Of a DNA stretch of 64,000 nucleotides, positions 40,201-52,139 are shown one piece after another (position 1 is the stretch's first letter; each line of letters begins with the position of its first letter). Source of the stretch: Nageia nagi (lineage: Eukaryota; Plantae; Pinophyta); the NCBI GenBank assembly GCA_050084985.1, contig JBITNC010000001.1:158224001-158288000 (forward strand). The letters are read 5' to 3'. The notes under the pieces were generated by a model, which was given only the letters and a program-made list of their open reading frames with translations, did no database searches and had not been told where the DNA came from. Both the position numbers and the translations under genes were made by a program.

Positions 40201-43200
40201 CTCTGATAAGAAATAGGAGGATAATCAGCACTATAAGCAACGGACAGGCTCCTATGCAGTTTTATTTAAAATGCTTTTAGAAAATTTAAAAGCCATACTT
40301 TTTTCCAAATAAAGCTCTTGAGAGAATTTTTGACTTAATTTTTTGAACTACCACTAAAAATTGAATCAAGTGGGTAACTTGTTTCCTTCAGCCTCCATTT
40401 CCTACCAACAGTGTAAAACAATTCTTTCCCAATCTATAGAAGCTCCAGATATTGGGGAAGGTTTATTCTTTTAACTTTTAATATAATGAAAAAGTAATCA
40501 TGGGATCTTGTGTCCGCTTCTTGAAAATAAATGCAGTAACAGCCGTGGTTGGAACCTTGCTTTAGGATTGTGGCTGTAATTACGATGCCTTACAGTAATT
40601 ATTAGGAAGATTGATTGCAATATTTTAAAGTCTTGTTGCAAGTGTATACATACATTAGCTATTCATAAGGTGGATAAAGTGAACCCAGATATTTAAAATG
40701 CATATATCTCGTAAACGCCAAGAGATGTTAACTTTGAGATGTCCCATTCAAGATATGTAAGAAGCCTAATATTCTACTAAATCACCATATAATCTGATGT
40801 TATTTATGTTGGTAGTTTCATAGTTGCATAACTTTTATTGAAATAATATGCATTTTCATCCTAATGATATTGTTTTACTCGCAGCAAGCTATGTAATTTA
40901 ATGTTATTAATATTTTTTACCTTTTGAATATTGCAATATTATTATTAAACATTTTTTTTGTTTAATATAATATTTGTAGCTTTTTATTTTATTGTTGGTT
41001 CATGTTGACAGCTCATGGACATAGGCACACAAGTGCATACAGTCATAAGATGCAACGGATTTTTTAGGGCTATGTGACATTCTCGTACCTATTGAAAATT
41101 GATTCTTCGCCAGAGATGGTTGAATGGTTTTGCTACCTAAAACTCAATTCATCATCTTTGCAAACCTTCACTGCTATGGTCCTGATCATAGATGCTTATT
41201 TAATTATTCAAGGAGGATTTTTATTTGTTCTCTTCCCCATACATCTTTGGCCTTATTGTCATTTGTTGGCTTTACCATCATCAATATGTTTCACATCATC
41301 AAGATGTCCGGCATCATCTCCAGTTGGTGCTGCTGGGGTCTCAACCTCACCGTGGAGCAGAAGGTTCTGACTTGATCATTAAACTAATGCCCTATTGGTT
41401 AAACTGTTAATTTAAACATTAGGGCTTGGAGCCATAACATGCACAAATGAGTTTTGACCCATACCACAATGTTCAATATTTCAGATGTACAATTAATTAT
41501 CATGCATACTTGTTGCAACAACAAACATATGTTGTTACTAATGCTTCTCTATTCTGTGAACTGCTATATTCCTTTTATACAAAAGAAAGTCAATATGCGA
41601 TGCCATAAACTTTTGAGGCCTTACGATACTGATCTCATGGTTGTATATGTTTAATGTTTACCATATTGAGCTGTTTATTTGCCTGCTCTGATTTTATGAT
41701 TTTCATATGGTTGCAGAATGATGTATTCTTAATATGTACAAATGCAATGCACTACAATGCATCAGATACTATCTATCACAAACAGGTATGATGAAGCATC
41801 TGGCAAATGCTTTACAAGACTTTCTGATTGTACTTCTTTTATCTCCTTGATGAAGAGTACTTAATATCCGACCACAAGGTGATTTTTATTGAAGCATTAT
41901 GGTTTTTCTTCCAGGCACGTGCAATACAGGAATTAGCTAAGAAAAAATTCCAGATGATTGGGCTTAATCCAGAAGGGATTGAAGCTGAACTTAGAATTTC
42001 TTTAAAGACAAAACCAGGGTATTCTTCTAAGAAAACTAAAAAGCCAGGGCCTGGAAGACCTCAGTTTGAACCAACTGGTTCTGACTTTTCGTCTGGTGCA
42101 ACGCTTGCCACAGCTGGAGACTATACAAATTGGTCTAATGCATCTCTGCAAGATTCTTCAAGGACAAAGAGGGCTCCTACAGCTGAATGGCCTGGAAATA
42201 TATCTGGGCATTTGGATACTAGTGGAAAAAGTTTTCAAGCTTCTCGAAGTGGAGATGGTCTTGGTCCTTTGATGGAAAGTAAAGCTGAAAAATCAGAAGA
42301 ACTTTCAGGTTTGTGTCTCTAACCTGTTCGTTTCCGCTGCTTTTTGATGGTTTCAATCGTTGGTGTTCATTCCAAAGATGCTTTCTTTTCGAAGTGATTT
42401 TTTGTTACATATGCTGGCATTTATATTTAATAACCAACCATCTAATTACTATCGACTCTTATTTGTATCTCCATTTTTATTCACTTGTCTCCAGTTTGGT
42501 CTCCAGCTTGCACTTCCAATCTTGTCATTGCCTTTGGTTCTTATCTGATTTGGCAAAACATTTTCCGCAGCTTCTGTGCTTAAGGCACCGGCTTGGAGAA
42601 ATGGAAGAAGGTCCCTGCAATTGGACGAAAATCGGCGAGCCACTTACAAGCCATTTAATCTTCTGGAGAATGGATATGATGCGATATTTTCTATACTGGA
42701 TGGGGATTCCAAGCAGCTAGTTCCTGTATGTTCTGTTCTGCTTTCTTATGATGTTATATTCCAAACTTTTTGGAACAGCACACTGCGTATGCTCTCATGC
42801 TCATTATGTTTGTTCCTTTCATGTCAGATTGGAATTCGGTCAGAGTATGCCTATACAAGGAGCCTTGCTCGGTTTGCTGCGAATGCTGGACCACTGGCAT
42901 GGAAGATTGCAGCTCAGAAGATACAGAGAGCTCTTCCACCGAATGTCCCATTTGGCCCAGGATGGGTTGGTGATTCTGAGGCCCATGCTCGTTCTTTATT
43001 GCTAAAACAAGGGAAATCTACAGCAGTATCAACTTCATCTGCTACATTGCCAACTGTACTTGGTGAGAACAAGATTAAATCGAATACTTGCAATGATACC
43101 CCTATGATAAATGATGGAGGGCATTCAAAGAACTTAATTTCAGAATGCAGGTCTGTTTCATCAACTACACAAGAACCTTCTGTGAAACGACTGGTTTCAA

Positions 43201-44362
43201 ATTCCGCTGTATGTGAACCTATGAATAATCATCGTTCTGTTTGCAATGATCAATCTGATGAGAACAAGTATGGTGGATTGAATGCTTCTGGTAATATGAA
43301 GGTCAACTTACCTTCTCATGAAGTAAAGCAAGGGCCAGCAAAGCAAGCTTCACTGGTTGCTACATCCGATGACCTATCCCTCTCAAACACAAAATTTGGT
43401 TCAGAAGTTACCCAGTCCAGACTGCTTGAAATGGTCTCTAGAAATAACACACTTGTTCATGGAATTTCCATGAAACATGCTGAGGGTTCAAATACCAGTA
43501 CTAATATTCAGATGATGCATTCTGAAACAAAAAATGAAGGTGATACTCGTTTTACTAGAGAAACTAGTGATGCTTCAAAACGTCTATGTAGTCCTGATGA
43601 GTCGAACCCTGTGGCCACCAGGCCAAATACTTCCCTAAACAACCATCAATTTAGACCTGGAGCTTTTCAGGCATCTCAGGCCACTGTTGGTCATGGGCAT
43701 CCTATGCAGAAACCAAATAGCTTAGGTAGTTTACTGCCTGGCAAGATGCTAGGACTGCATCATAGAGGTTCCAATCTGTCGACAAATGCTCCAGTATTTG
43801 TGAATTCGTCACTGACATCTACAGGCCCATCAATAAAGCGAGATGACCCAACCATGCAAGCATGGATACAATCACAAAATGTACGTTTAGCTGATGCAGA
43901 CACTGCTGCTAGAAATGGGATGAGGGTCATACCTAGCCCACAGATTGAGCAGTCTGAGCCCCAAACAAGAGATTATTCTGCCATTGCACGATTAATGCCA
44001 AAAGAACTACAAGTAGATATGCAGAATCAGGCAATGTCACACTTTAGCCGGCTCCATTCTCAGAACAGCACAAAGTTGTCTAATAGCACATCGAATCCAG
44101 GTCCAGTGGTTGAATCCCTTGGTCCAAAATCAACGACCCCTTATGTGCAGATACCTTTGGGGCTTGAATCATCTAAGTCTCATATGCACTCCTGGCGGGG
44201 GTTACATTCACAATTTCTTCCGGAGAAAGAGAAAGCATTGAATTTGTCCCTTCCAAACCACCTGACTTGAATGTGGAACTTCAGAAACCGAATTCTCCAG
44301 GTCGGCAGTCTTCTGCAATGTTGGCAGAGTCCCAGCAACCTGATTTAGCTCTCCAGCTTTGA
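21605..44362 (+). CDS. BRD13-like: Bromodomain-containing protein, plant BRD1/BRD2/BRD13 family (SWI/SNF subunit); 9 exons; ~985 aa as written, ~1015 aa if the frameshift near 44255 is corrected
   Basis: Exons 21605-22231, 27937-27982, 28098-28176, 28292-28337, 28446-28544, 41717-41785, 41915-42308, 42571-42725 and 42828-44270/44362. All introns GT-AG with consistent phases. Motifs KLKLVLKLP, LIEFILDKLQKKDTYGVFSEPVDPEELPDYHEVIQNPMDFGT, DVFLICTNAMHYN, SDFSSGATLA, DENRRATY, YTRSLARFAA, QQPDLALQL. Confidence 0.95.
25000..26330 (-). pseudogene. ORF-X copy 2 in intron 1 (lower boundary approximate)
   Basis: WKDRKVFAHGVKF*ISKKMLV*VSRLEAKSIN..NEIDIFCKQ..YGYQWDSLLKPWRRVVVVIMQ aligns with copy 1. Confidence 0.6.
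25608..25893. repeat. Tandem duplication, 143-bp unit x2
   Basis: ATCAAAGGGGGTCTA(C/T)GAGCTTGGGTC...GAACAACATGCTTTGGAGCC repeated at 25608 and 25751, bounded by ATCAA microhomology. Confidence 0.92.
26950..27345 (-). mobile_element. Plant L1 LINE RNase H domain remnant
   Basis: WMPPPVGWVQLNFDGASKGNPRDSGARGIIRNDKG..EVKALHQG..IIEGNS..HAYREGNKVADYL. Confidence 0.85.
27937..27982 (+). CDS. Bromodomain gene exon 2
   Basis: TGTAG|GTAGAA acceptor; VEKQNQCLEVTDSLP(G); donor G|GTTTGT; phase fits exon 3. Confidence 0.8.
28098..28176 (+). CDS. Bromodomain gene exon 3
   Basis: TSSGPESKTPMPEKKLIEFILDKLQ(K); donor AA|GTAAGT. Confidence 0.92.
28292..28337 (+). CDS. Bromodomain gene exon 4
   Basis: KDTYGVFSEPVDPEE; CAG acceptor, GTATGC donor. 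Confidence 0.95.
28446..28544 (+). CDS. Bromodomain gene exon 5
   Basis: LPDYHEVIQNPMDFGTIRKKLGKRVYACLEELE. Confidence 0.95.
29190..32045 (-). mobile_element. 5'-truncated RTE-X-like LINE in intron 5 (split by a solo LTR)
   Basis: TLFGLYINELES..VPILLFANDIGLLSHSIEGL..LRVNLSKTKIL; KLRLFQTLVTPTILYGVEVW; C-terminal HFIFQCSIYYEIKGRYHCLF; 3' stem-loop plus (TTTC)n tail at 29190-29245. Confidence 0.85.
30590..31688. mobile_element. Solo LTR (1099 bp) with TSD ATTGC
   Basis: TGTGACGTCC...GGAACATTACA termini; ATTGC at 30585-30589 and 31689-31693; removing it restores the LINE frame TLERQ|CVQMHF. Confidence 0.9.
32895..33060. mobile_element. Probable end of a non-autonomous DNA transposon (subterminal GTTCCC repeats)
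   Basis: Multiple GTTCCC motifs, 51-bp internal duplication, terminal TGGAACCTTG also seen at ~40550. Confidence 0.4.
33150..38288 (+). mobile_element. Degenerate gag-only Tat/Ogre-like LTR element (3' LTR ~37134-38288; 5' LTR not seen)
   Basis: Gag knuckle ELCNYH*NIGHTTE..LRDFM*DLIAQDYIKFD at ~35180-35290; no pol motifs recognised; short tandem repeats at 36710-36830; PPT-like ACCAAGGGGTGAA then TG at 37134; candidate CA end at 38288. Confidence 0.6.
39736..40310. repeat. Old tandem duplication, ~285-bp unit x2
   Basis: TAAGGAAT..TATTGCAYGACCTT..CAAAACTAG..TAAGAAATAGGAG..TTTTTCCAAAT occurs at 39736 and 40019. Confidence 0.85.
41717..41785 (+). CDS. Bromodomain gene exon 6
   Basis: NDVFLICTNAMHYNASDTIYHKQ, including the acetyl-lysine-binding Asn; TGCAG acceptor, GTATGA donor. 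Confidence 0.95.
41915..42308 (+). CDS. Bromodomain gene exon 7
   Basis: ARAIQELAKKKF...SDFSSGATLA...SEELS. Confidence 0.93.
42571..42725 (+). CDS. Bromodomain gene exon 8
   Basis: SVLKAPAWRNGRRSLQLDENRRATY...KQLVP; donor CCT|GTATGT. Confidence 0.9.
42828..44362 (+). CDS. Bromodomain gene exon 9 (in-frame stop at 44270; conserved terminus in shifted frame ends 44362)
   Basis: IGIRSEYAYTRSLARFAA..PFGPGWVG..SWRGL in the main frame; PPDLNVELQKPNSPG..SQQPDLALQL* in an alternative frame at 44258-44362. Confidence 0.88.
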
Positions 44363-45320
44363 TTTGCATTAATGAATTATTGGATTTTACTTACTTTAAG
44401 CATGCCAAATTAGAAATCCAGGCTTCATTTGAATATCTGAAGTCGAAATTTATGGTGAACGTAAAATTATTGACACAGGAGACGGGTTTTCCTTGAAAAG
44501 GGCCCATACTGTTGTAATAGAGTTGTACAAATCTGTACCAATTTGTTAACATTAAGGGGGTTTCCATGTACTATTATTAATATTATTGATGAGCTAACAT
44601 AATTTTAGGCATTTTTTAATCTAAAATAATGTGCAAGTAGCTTTAAGATTTTTTTGACCATGCAAAAAAATATTGAACACAAATGTTTTTAAAGCTTCGT
44701 ATGAGAAAATAATGTGTCTTTTTGCATGGAAAGGCTAAAAAAAAACAAATAGGAATTGCAATATGGTGGTCACTGTCCAATTTTGCTGTATAACTTATTG
44801 CTGGATGAAATTTCATTATTCAAACAAAAACAAATATAACTCGTTTTATGCTTGGTGTATTAATTTTAGTGGGGTCTACTTGTCATTATCTTGTTCAAAT
44901 CAACGGTTGAAGTGATCTTATATGTCAAAAGACCCTAGGGATTTCCTATTAATTCAATGGATCAATTTTTTTTTTTGGCTAAGGCTAAAGTTTCATTTTA
45001 GTTTGTAGTCTGAAGAATTCTCTACTTTATTAAGTTAGCGTTACAGCTTATATTGCTATACTTTATAAGGCCCCTTGATCTTATATCATAGATAAGGTGA
45101 TCCTAGTGGAGGGTCGACCTCTTGACAAACCAACATGCAGAGGGCCTTTGTTGCCATGACATGAACGGTGTTCTTAAATGATTAACAATCTCAACTATTC
45201 AACTCAGGTTGACCAATTTAATCCAGTGAATTAATATAGGATGATCAGATCTTGTAGTTTGTTTTTATGACATAGGATGAAAATGCTTATCTCAGATCTA
45301 ATGGGAAAACATCAAAATTG

Positions 45321-45538
45321 ATGTAAAGGCAAGTGAAAACTCTCTCCTGGAGTGGGAGAAACCCAGGTTTCAATCTCACCTCTATTGAGTGGAAATATCT
45401 AAAATCTTATCAAATGATGGTAGGTGCAGTTGAGGTGGGGATTGTGCTTTCAGGAATTTGATGACATAGACGCCCCTTAGTTGTTAGCTCTACGCTTAAG
45501 GGTGTCTTGATATCAGCGGACAAAACTTGCCCAATAAA
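45321..45538 (+). mobile_element. tRNA-derived SINE family 1 copy with 15-bp TSD AAAACATCAAAATTG
   Basis: TSD at 45306-45320 and 45539-45553; B-box-like AGGTTTCAATCTC; body (..TAAAATCYTAT..TGATGGTAGGTG..GCCCCT..GCTTAAG) shared with 14200-14360; A-rich tail. Confidence 0.85.
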
Positions 45539-45831
45539 AAAACATCAAAATTGTATTAACAATAGTAAAGGGAATATTAAAAATATATTGATAATATTAA
45601 AAAACAATTCCATAAAATAGAATTTCAAATTTATTAATGCTTCAAATTACAAATTACAAATAAAGTAATTGACTTTTTTTGGAGTGATGACAATATCAAA
45701 ATTAAAAGACTAAAAAATGTGATTCAAAATTTGAACATCCATCTTATCCATACATCAATCTTGAAAAGAAATTTATGATCGTAAAATTAAGAACTAATTC
45801 ACGTGAATTGCATAGTGAAACAAATAGATAG

Positions 45832-48800
45832 TGTTGATACTAAAAATTAATTTAATTTCAGTTATAATAAATACAATACTAATTAAAGTATTGAAAATAG
45901 ATGATTGCCATATATTAAATCTAACTCTTCACCTAATTGAATTTGAATATAAATTATTACAAACTTATCGTTTACCTAAATTGTGTGGATCAAAATTGAG
46001 ATCTGGCCTTCACATGATATAAACAAGTCACTTTCCAAATTTGAACTTTCATATTGAGTGCAATGCATTAAGGTACGGTTGTCCACCTTTAGATGCTTTG
46101 AATTCGTATTTGTTGAGATTGCTTGCCAAGGTTACCAAATCTAGCTACAATATGACAATAGAAAGGAAGTAAATTACATTATATTCTACAATTGTAGCAA
46201 AATAAATAATTAAATTATTTTAATACTACGTCGATGTATGATTCACCACCTTTAGATCCTTTGAATTCATGTTCATTACTGAGGTCGTTTGCCAAGGTTA
46301 ACATACCCAACCACGATATAATGAATAAAGAATGCATTTATCACTTAGGACATAAATTTAGACTTGATAGGTGGCATCGAGAGACATCAAACATAGAATG
46401 TAGTCTAATCTATCAAGGTCCAAATATGATCAAGGCCACATCCTTCTTCCCTTAAATAGATGAGAGGTTCCACCACTAACCAAGACACCTTAGCTAGTGC
46501 TCCTTGGACTTGTCACCAAAAGGATATAGAAGTGAAATTGCACTTTATTCCATAATTATAGTAAAAGAAAGAATTAAATTACTTTAATACTTAAATACAT
46601 AAAACATGATTTTAATTAAATAAGAATCAAATTTACGTGTTAACAAATGCCCCCTTTTGAATATATTTTTGATTAAAAAATATAATACAAAGGAAAACAA
46701 GTGATACTTTCCTCTTAAATCTTCACAACGGCAAATTAGAGTCCTTCATTTTCCCCACATCTCATGCCCCCTCGTTGGCTTGGTCACTGCAATGAAGACC
46801 TCTCAAAATGAAGGCACCAAGGCAAAGAACAAAACCTACAAGAAATGTTACAATAAATCTACCAAATAAAAATTCAACGTATCTCTTACTTTTGATGCAT
46901 TGATGCATTATGGTGTGTTGATATACTACATTTGTTATGATTAGCTCAAGATAAAATCAACTCTACTATGTCTTCTTATGCCAAGCCATTTCCAATACTA
47001 ATCCTAGACTCTATCTATCACTACTGAACTCAGAACTACAAAATGAAATCAACATATTATGCCTTCTTATGCCAAAATATTTCCATCACAAAACATACAT
47101 TTCATCATGTAGTTATTGTTAGCTCAAGTCGAAATAAAAATAAGATTTTTTCCTGATTGAAGAGTTAGCCACATATATCTCATCCATCATAGCTAACAAA
47201 AAATCAAAGATAGGATATGAGACTTCTTACTAGGTGTTTCTTATATATCCTCAAAGCAACAAAACTCTCCTTCATACATCTCTATTCTTAAAGATGCTAG
47301 AATTGGGTACTAACTTGCCCAAGTACCAAAGAGGAAATCCATTCAGCCGCATTATCCAATTGCATGTTGTAATTGAGAAGGAATGTGGATTTGCCCACAC
47401 CACTCAATTTCATGCTATAACTAAATGCCACAAGGAGTAGTAGCCTAGTTGCATTACTTGATTGCATGCTATAATTGAGTACCACCAATAATTTGATCTT
47501 GGACACATCGCCCGATTGCATGCTATAACTAAGGATCAAACATATTTTGCTTATATATTCTCAAAGTAATGAAAATCTCCTCAAAGTAATGAAACTCTCC
47601 TAAAAACAACTAGACACATTCCCAGGATTGGGTACTTAATAACAAGTACCAAAGATCATTGCCTTAAGTTCTTTGGAGTCCCTAAGAACAAAGGACTTTT
47701 TGAATCTTGCCCCCACTTAAGAGGACTAATTTGAAACTATAATTTTCTAATTTGTGTCGTGTACAAACTTTTCCACAAAAAACTATCTAAAACATTTTCG
47801 CCTTACCTTAAGTAATTCTATTTTTTTTCTAAAAACTAATAATTATCACTGAAAATCTAATCTATATGATTAAATTTAAAATAAACCTAAATCATATTGT
47901 ACGTAATTGAATTGTTATATATGATTGAACTATATGAAACTAAATCTGAACCATAATTACTCAATTTAACTACTATATGTGATTAAACTGAATTTGAACC
48001 ATACTACACTCCATTGAACTGCTATATTTGAATGGACTATCTAAAATTGAAACTAAACCAACTATGATCAACCATAACCTAACAATAAAAATAAATTTTC
48101 CCCCCATTTCAAAGTGAGTTTTTTTTGTGTATTAAAATATCACTCATCTTCAAACTACAAATCTTACTTTCATTTTGAATCAGTCATATAGCTCAAAAGA
48201 ATGATCATTACTCATGCATCTCATCAACCATAACTTACACAAAATCATAACATTCTTTTTCATCAACATTTACAAATTGACAATTTTCTTCATTGACAAC
48301 TTTAGCAACAATCTTGCAATTTTAGCCAATTTTATGATATCTTTCAAAATAACTTTATTTATCTTAAAAACATGATAAAAATGACTAAAACATACTTATA
48401 TAGATGTAGCTCAACTTGAAATTTTCAACCCATAATTTCAACTTTTACAACTTCTTAGCAACTTTTTTGATAATTTCATGAAAACAATTCCAAAAGATGG
48501 TCCAATCATGATAAATAACTATCAAAACATATTGACATACCTGAAATATGTCATTCCTCAAAATTTCAACCTTTAATTTTATATTGGCAACATTTTCACC
48601 ATCTTGGTTTTTTGTTGGCCAATTCATGCAAAACCTATCATTCTCACTAAATTGTCAACTTGCAACAACAATTATAACTTTTACTACAAAATTTCAATTA
48701 GTTTGATTCTTTTTACTTTGAAATTACAAAATTACTAAAAAACAATTGACCTGATCAAGCTATAAGAAAAAACAACTAATCTAGTAGCTGAAACAAACCC

Positions 48801-51800
48801 ATTTGTGCACTTTTCAAAATTGAAATTTCAAACAACCATAACTTTTGATTTGAAAGGCATTTTTAGATGATTTTTTTTTTTTAATTTCCTTTTTTTTTCA
48901 TGAGATCTATTTATTCCACTTATAAGATTTTCAAAATCCATGGACTACGTGGTATGCCAACATACAACACTATGCCCCCCTCTAACACCAATTTTCTTCT
49001 ATAACTTTTTTTTATTTTCTAGAATTTGTTTTTGACCTTTATTTATAATAAAAAGTTGATTTTCTACTCTTTTTCACTTCTGCTCTCTTCTTCATAATTC
49101 TCAATTTTCGAAACAACTTTTTCACTTTTTTCCTTATATCATCAAATCCTTTTTCATCTTGAAACTTCTTGAAACTTACCACATTTCTAATTTTTTGATT
49201 TCTGAGCTCATTTCCACCATTTTCAACTTCTTTGGACTCATTCACAACATAACATAAAATGTAGAGAAAAAATATAAGTGTATATGTGCAACACAAACAT
49301 CATGAATACAAATGGATTACACACACAACATGAACACAATCATGATAATTTGAAATGCAACTTCAAGTATTAACTATGCAACTAACATGATCACAACAAA
49401 GGACTTGATTATTGTCTTGATTTCTTTAGAGTTTCCAATAACAAAAGATTGTTTATGATCTTGATTTCTTTTAAGCCCCCATGACCAAATAACTTTTTAC
49501 AAACACAATGTGATATGCAACAACTGCAACTAGAATGAAAATACACCTAAGAATGCAAATGAAACTAAATATGCAATCCTAATGTACATGAGATGTAATA
49601 AGAAACACATGAGCAACTTTAGGATTGTCCAACCATCCCCATCAACCCAAACACTTCCAATATGTACACCATCCCATTTTTTATCCTTCAACATATTCAA
49701 CCTTTTTATTTTAATATTTCAAAATAACTTGTTTTATCTTGTCTTACAAACTCTTAAAAATATTGGAAAAGGAATAAGGGTGTTACATTTTTATGTTCAA
49801 GAAGTGAACTAAAAATATCATTTGTAACATATTAATCGAACATCTATGATTTTATTGAATAATCTATACATTTCCATCTTTTTAATATTTTTCTTTTCAA
49901 GTACTTTCCAATCATGAACTTGAACACTAGTAGCAACGTCATTATCAACCCAAGAATTATTACTACTAGCGATTGTATCACTTTAATCATTTTTCTTTGC
50001 TTCTTTTAAACATGAAAATGGATCTAATTTTTCATAGCTACTTCTCTCAAGAATCTCTTCATAATTTTTAAGCATTCCACATTTTTCAAATTTTTATGCT
50101 TTCATAAAATCTTTACTATTTATAACTACATCCAATGTTTATTTCTTAATTTTAAACTCTTCTGCTAACCAATCTTTTTGTTTATTGACTTTATCAAATA
50201 CATTTGTCCAAGTTTCTCGAAAAACATGCAAATGGACTGCCTAAGTTTCTCAAAAGACTCTTCAAAAGAAGAAATCATCTCACATATCTTACTATCTGAT
50301 GCTTTCAAAAAATCATGTTTTTGCATATTATACAATGCTTCTCTTCTAATAAAAATTCCTCTATTACCCAATCCTTTTGCTTGTTTACTTGATCAAATAA
50401 ACCTACCCACATTTCTTGTGATTGTTCATGTTTCTTACAAGCATTACATTTTTCAACATTTGATTTTTCTTTTTGAGTTTTGTTTATCAATACCATTATT
50501 TTCTTTAATAACATCACGACTACTAACATTATTGATATGGGCATTATGAACAAAATTATCATGAGTATCAATATCATCTTTAGAAATAGTCACATCATCA
50601 CTAGGAATGCTATCATTGATGTCACTTCCATTATGTAGGTAAGAGCTTATTAAACTAATTTTATCAGTTGATTTTCTTTTATCATTTTTAGATTCATAAA
50701 CAAATGGTTCCTGAGAATACTTACTTTCTTGAACATTTGTGGTATATATTTCTTCATTTCTTTGTGCATCAACGAATGTTTGTGCACCATCACATAATTT
50801 CTTCCAATTTTAGGTGGCAAACATGATCAATTTTGCTATCTCTTTTATCCTCAACTATTGTTTGCACTTGTGTTAAATCATATGTCCCAAATGCAATACA
50901 AAAAATAATGCATAATACTATATTAGTAATGTAAAACAAAAACACACAAAGTGGTATTATTATGCATGTAAGATATACTATTATCAATATGACATAACAT
51001 TTTCCATAATTTATTAAAAGAGCATCGAGAGGTCATTGTATCAACATATGATCCTTCAACATCATAAATATTTCCTAATTATGATTATATAATATGGACA
51101 CAAATTTATGATGCTAGGATCTCACAAAACTAAAAAAAATGACCTTCAAAATCTAGGGCTTTCTTCAAAAACATTTTTCCATATAATGAAAATTACTTTA
51201 TTTCTTCTACTTCAAAATTAATAAAATGTAGTAAAAATTCCATAGAAAATTGCAATGCTCAACAAACCTAGGGTTTACAAAAATTCGCTAGGTTCACCAA
51301 TTTTGTTGATATTAAAAATTGATTTAATCCAATTAATTTAATATCAATTATAATAAATATAATACTAACTAAAGTATTGAAAATAGATGATTGCAATATA
51401 CTAGATCTATCTCTTGACCTAATCAAATATAAATATAAATGACTACAATCATGGCATTTACCTATGTTGTGTTGATCATAGTCAAGATATGGCCTCCACA
51501 AGATCTAAACAACTCACTCCTCGAATTTGAACTTTCCTTCCTACTGAGCGTTGGGCATTAGTATATCATAGTGCACTAGCACATGATTGTCCACTTTTAG
51601 ATCCTTCAATTTTTTTTTTTCATTATCGAAGTTGCCTACTAAGGTTACCAAATCTAACATGATATAGAGAATAAGGCATGTAGTATTCACATATGGCACA
51701 AATCTAGATTTGATAAGTGGCATCAAGAGAAGTTGAGAATATAATGTAGTACAATCTATCAAGATCCATTCAATGCCACATCCTTCTTCCCTTAAATAGA

Positions 51801-51991
51801 TGAAAAGTTCCATCATCGACCAAGACACCTTCTTGGCTAATGCTCCTTAGATCTATCACAAAAAGAATAGAAAGAAGTGAAATTCCACTTTATTCTATAA
51901 TTATACAAAAATGAAGAATCAAATTAATTTAATAATTAGATACCTAAAATACTTTTTTTAATTAAATAAAAATCAAATTTAGGTATTAATA
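45832..51991 (-). mobile_element. Old non-autonomous LTR retrotransposon (LARD-like), 6160 bp
   Basis: Diverged LTRs 45832-46645 and 51304-51991; TSD GATAG/GATAA; PPT CAAAAGGGGGC (minus) at 46649-46659; PBS-like TGGTGAACCTAGCG (minus) at 51286-51299; no gag/pol motifs recognised. Confidence 0.82.
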
Positions 51992-52139
51992 GATAAACCA
52001 TACCTAAAAATACTACATGAAAAAAATTGTAATTTTCATAATCTAGATACCATTAAAGATGAGACTTATTTTCTTCTTATTTGCCCATTTTATAAAGATA
52101 TTAGATAAGCATATAATAATATTTGTAATGACAATATGA

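Noticed and set aside
42576-44270. 564-aa ORF as a stand-alone gene
   Set aside because: It is exons 8-9 of the bromodomain gene read through a 102-bp in-frame intron (42726-42827).
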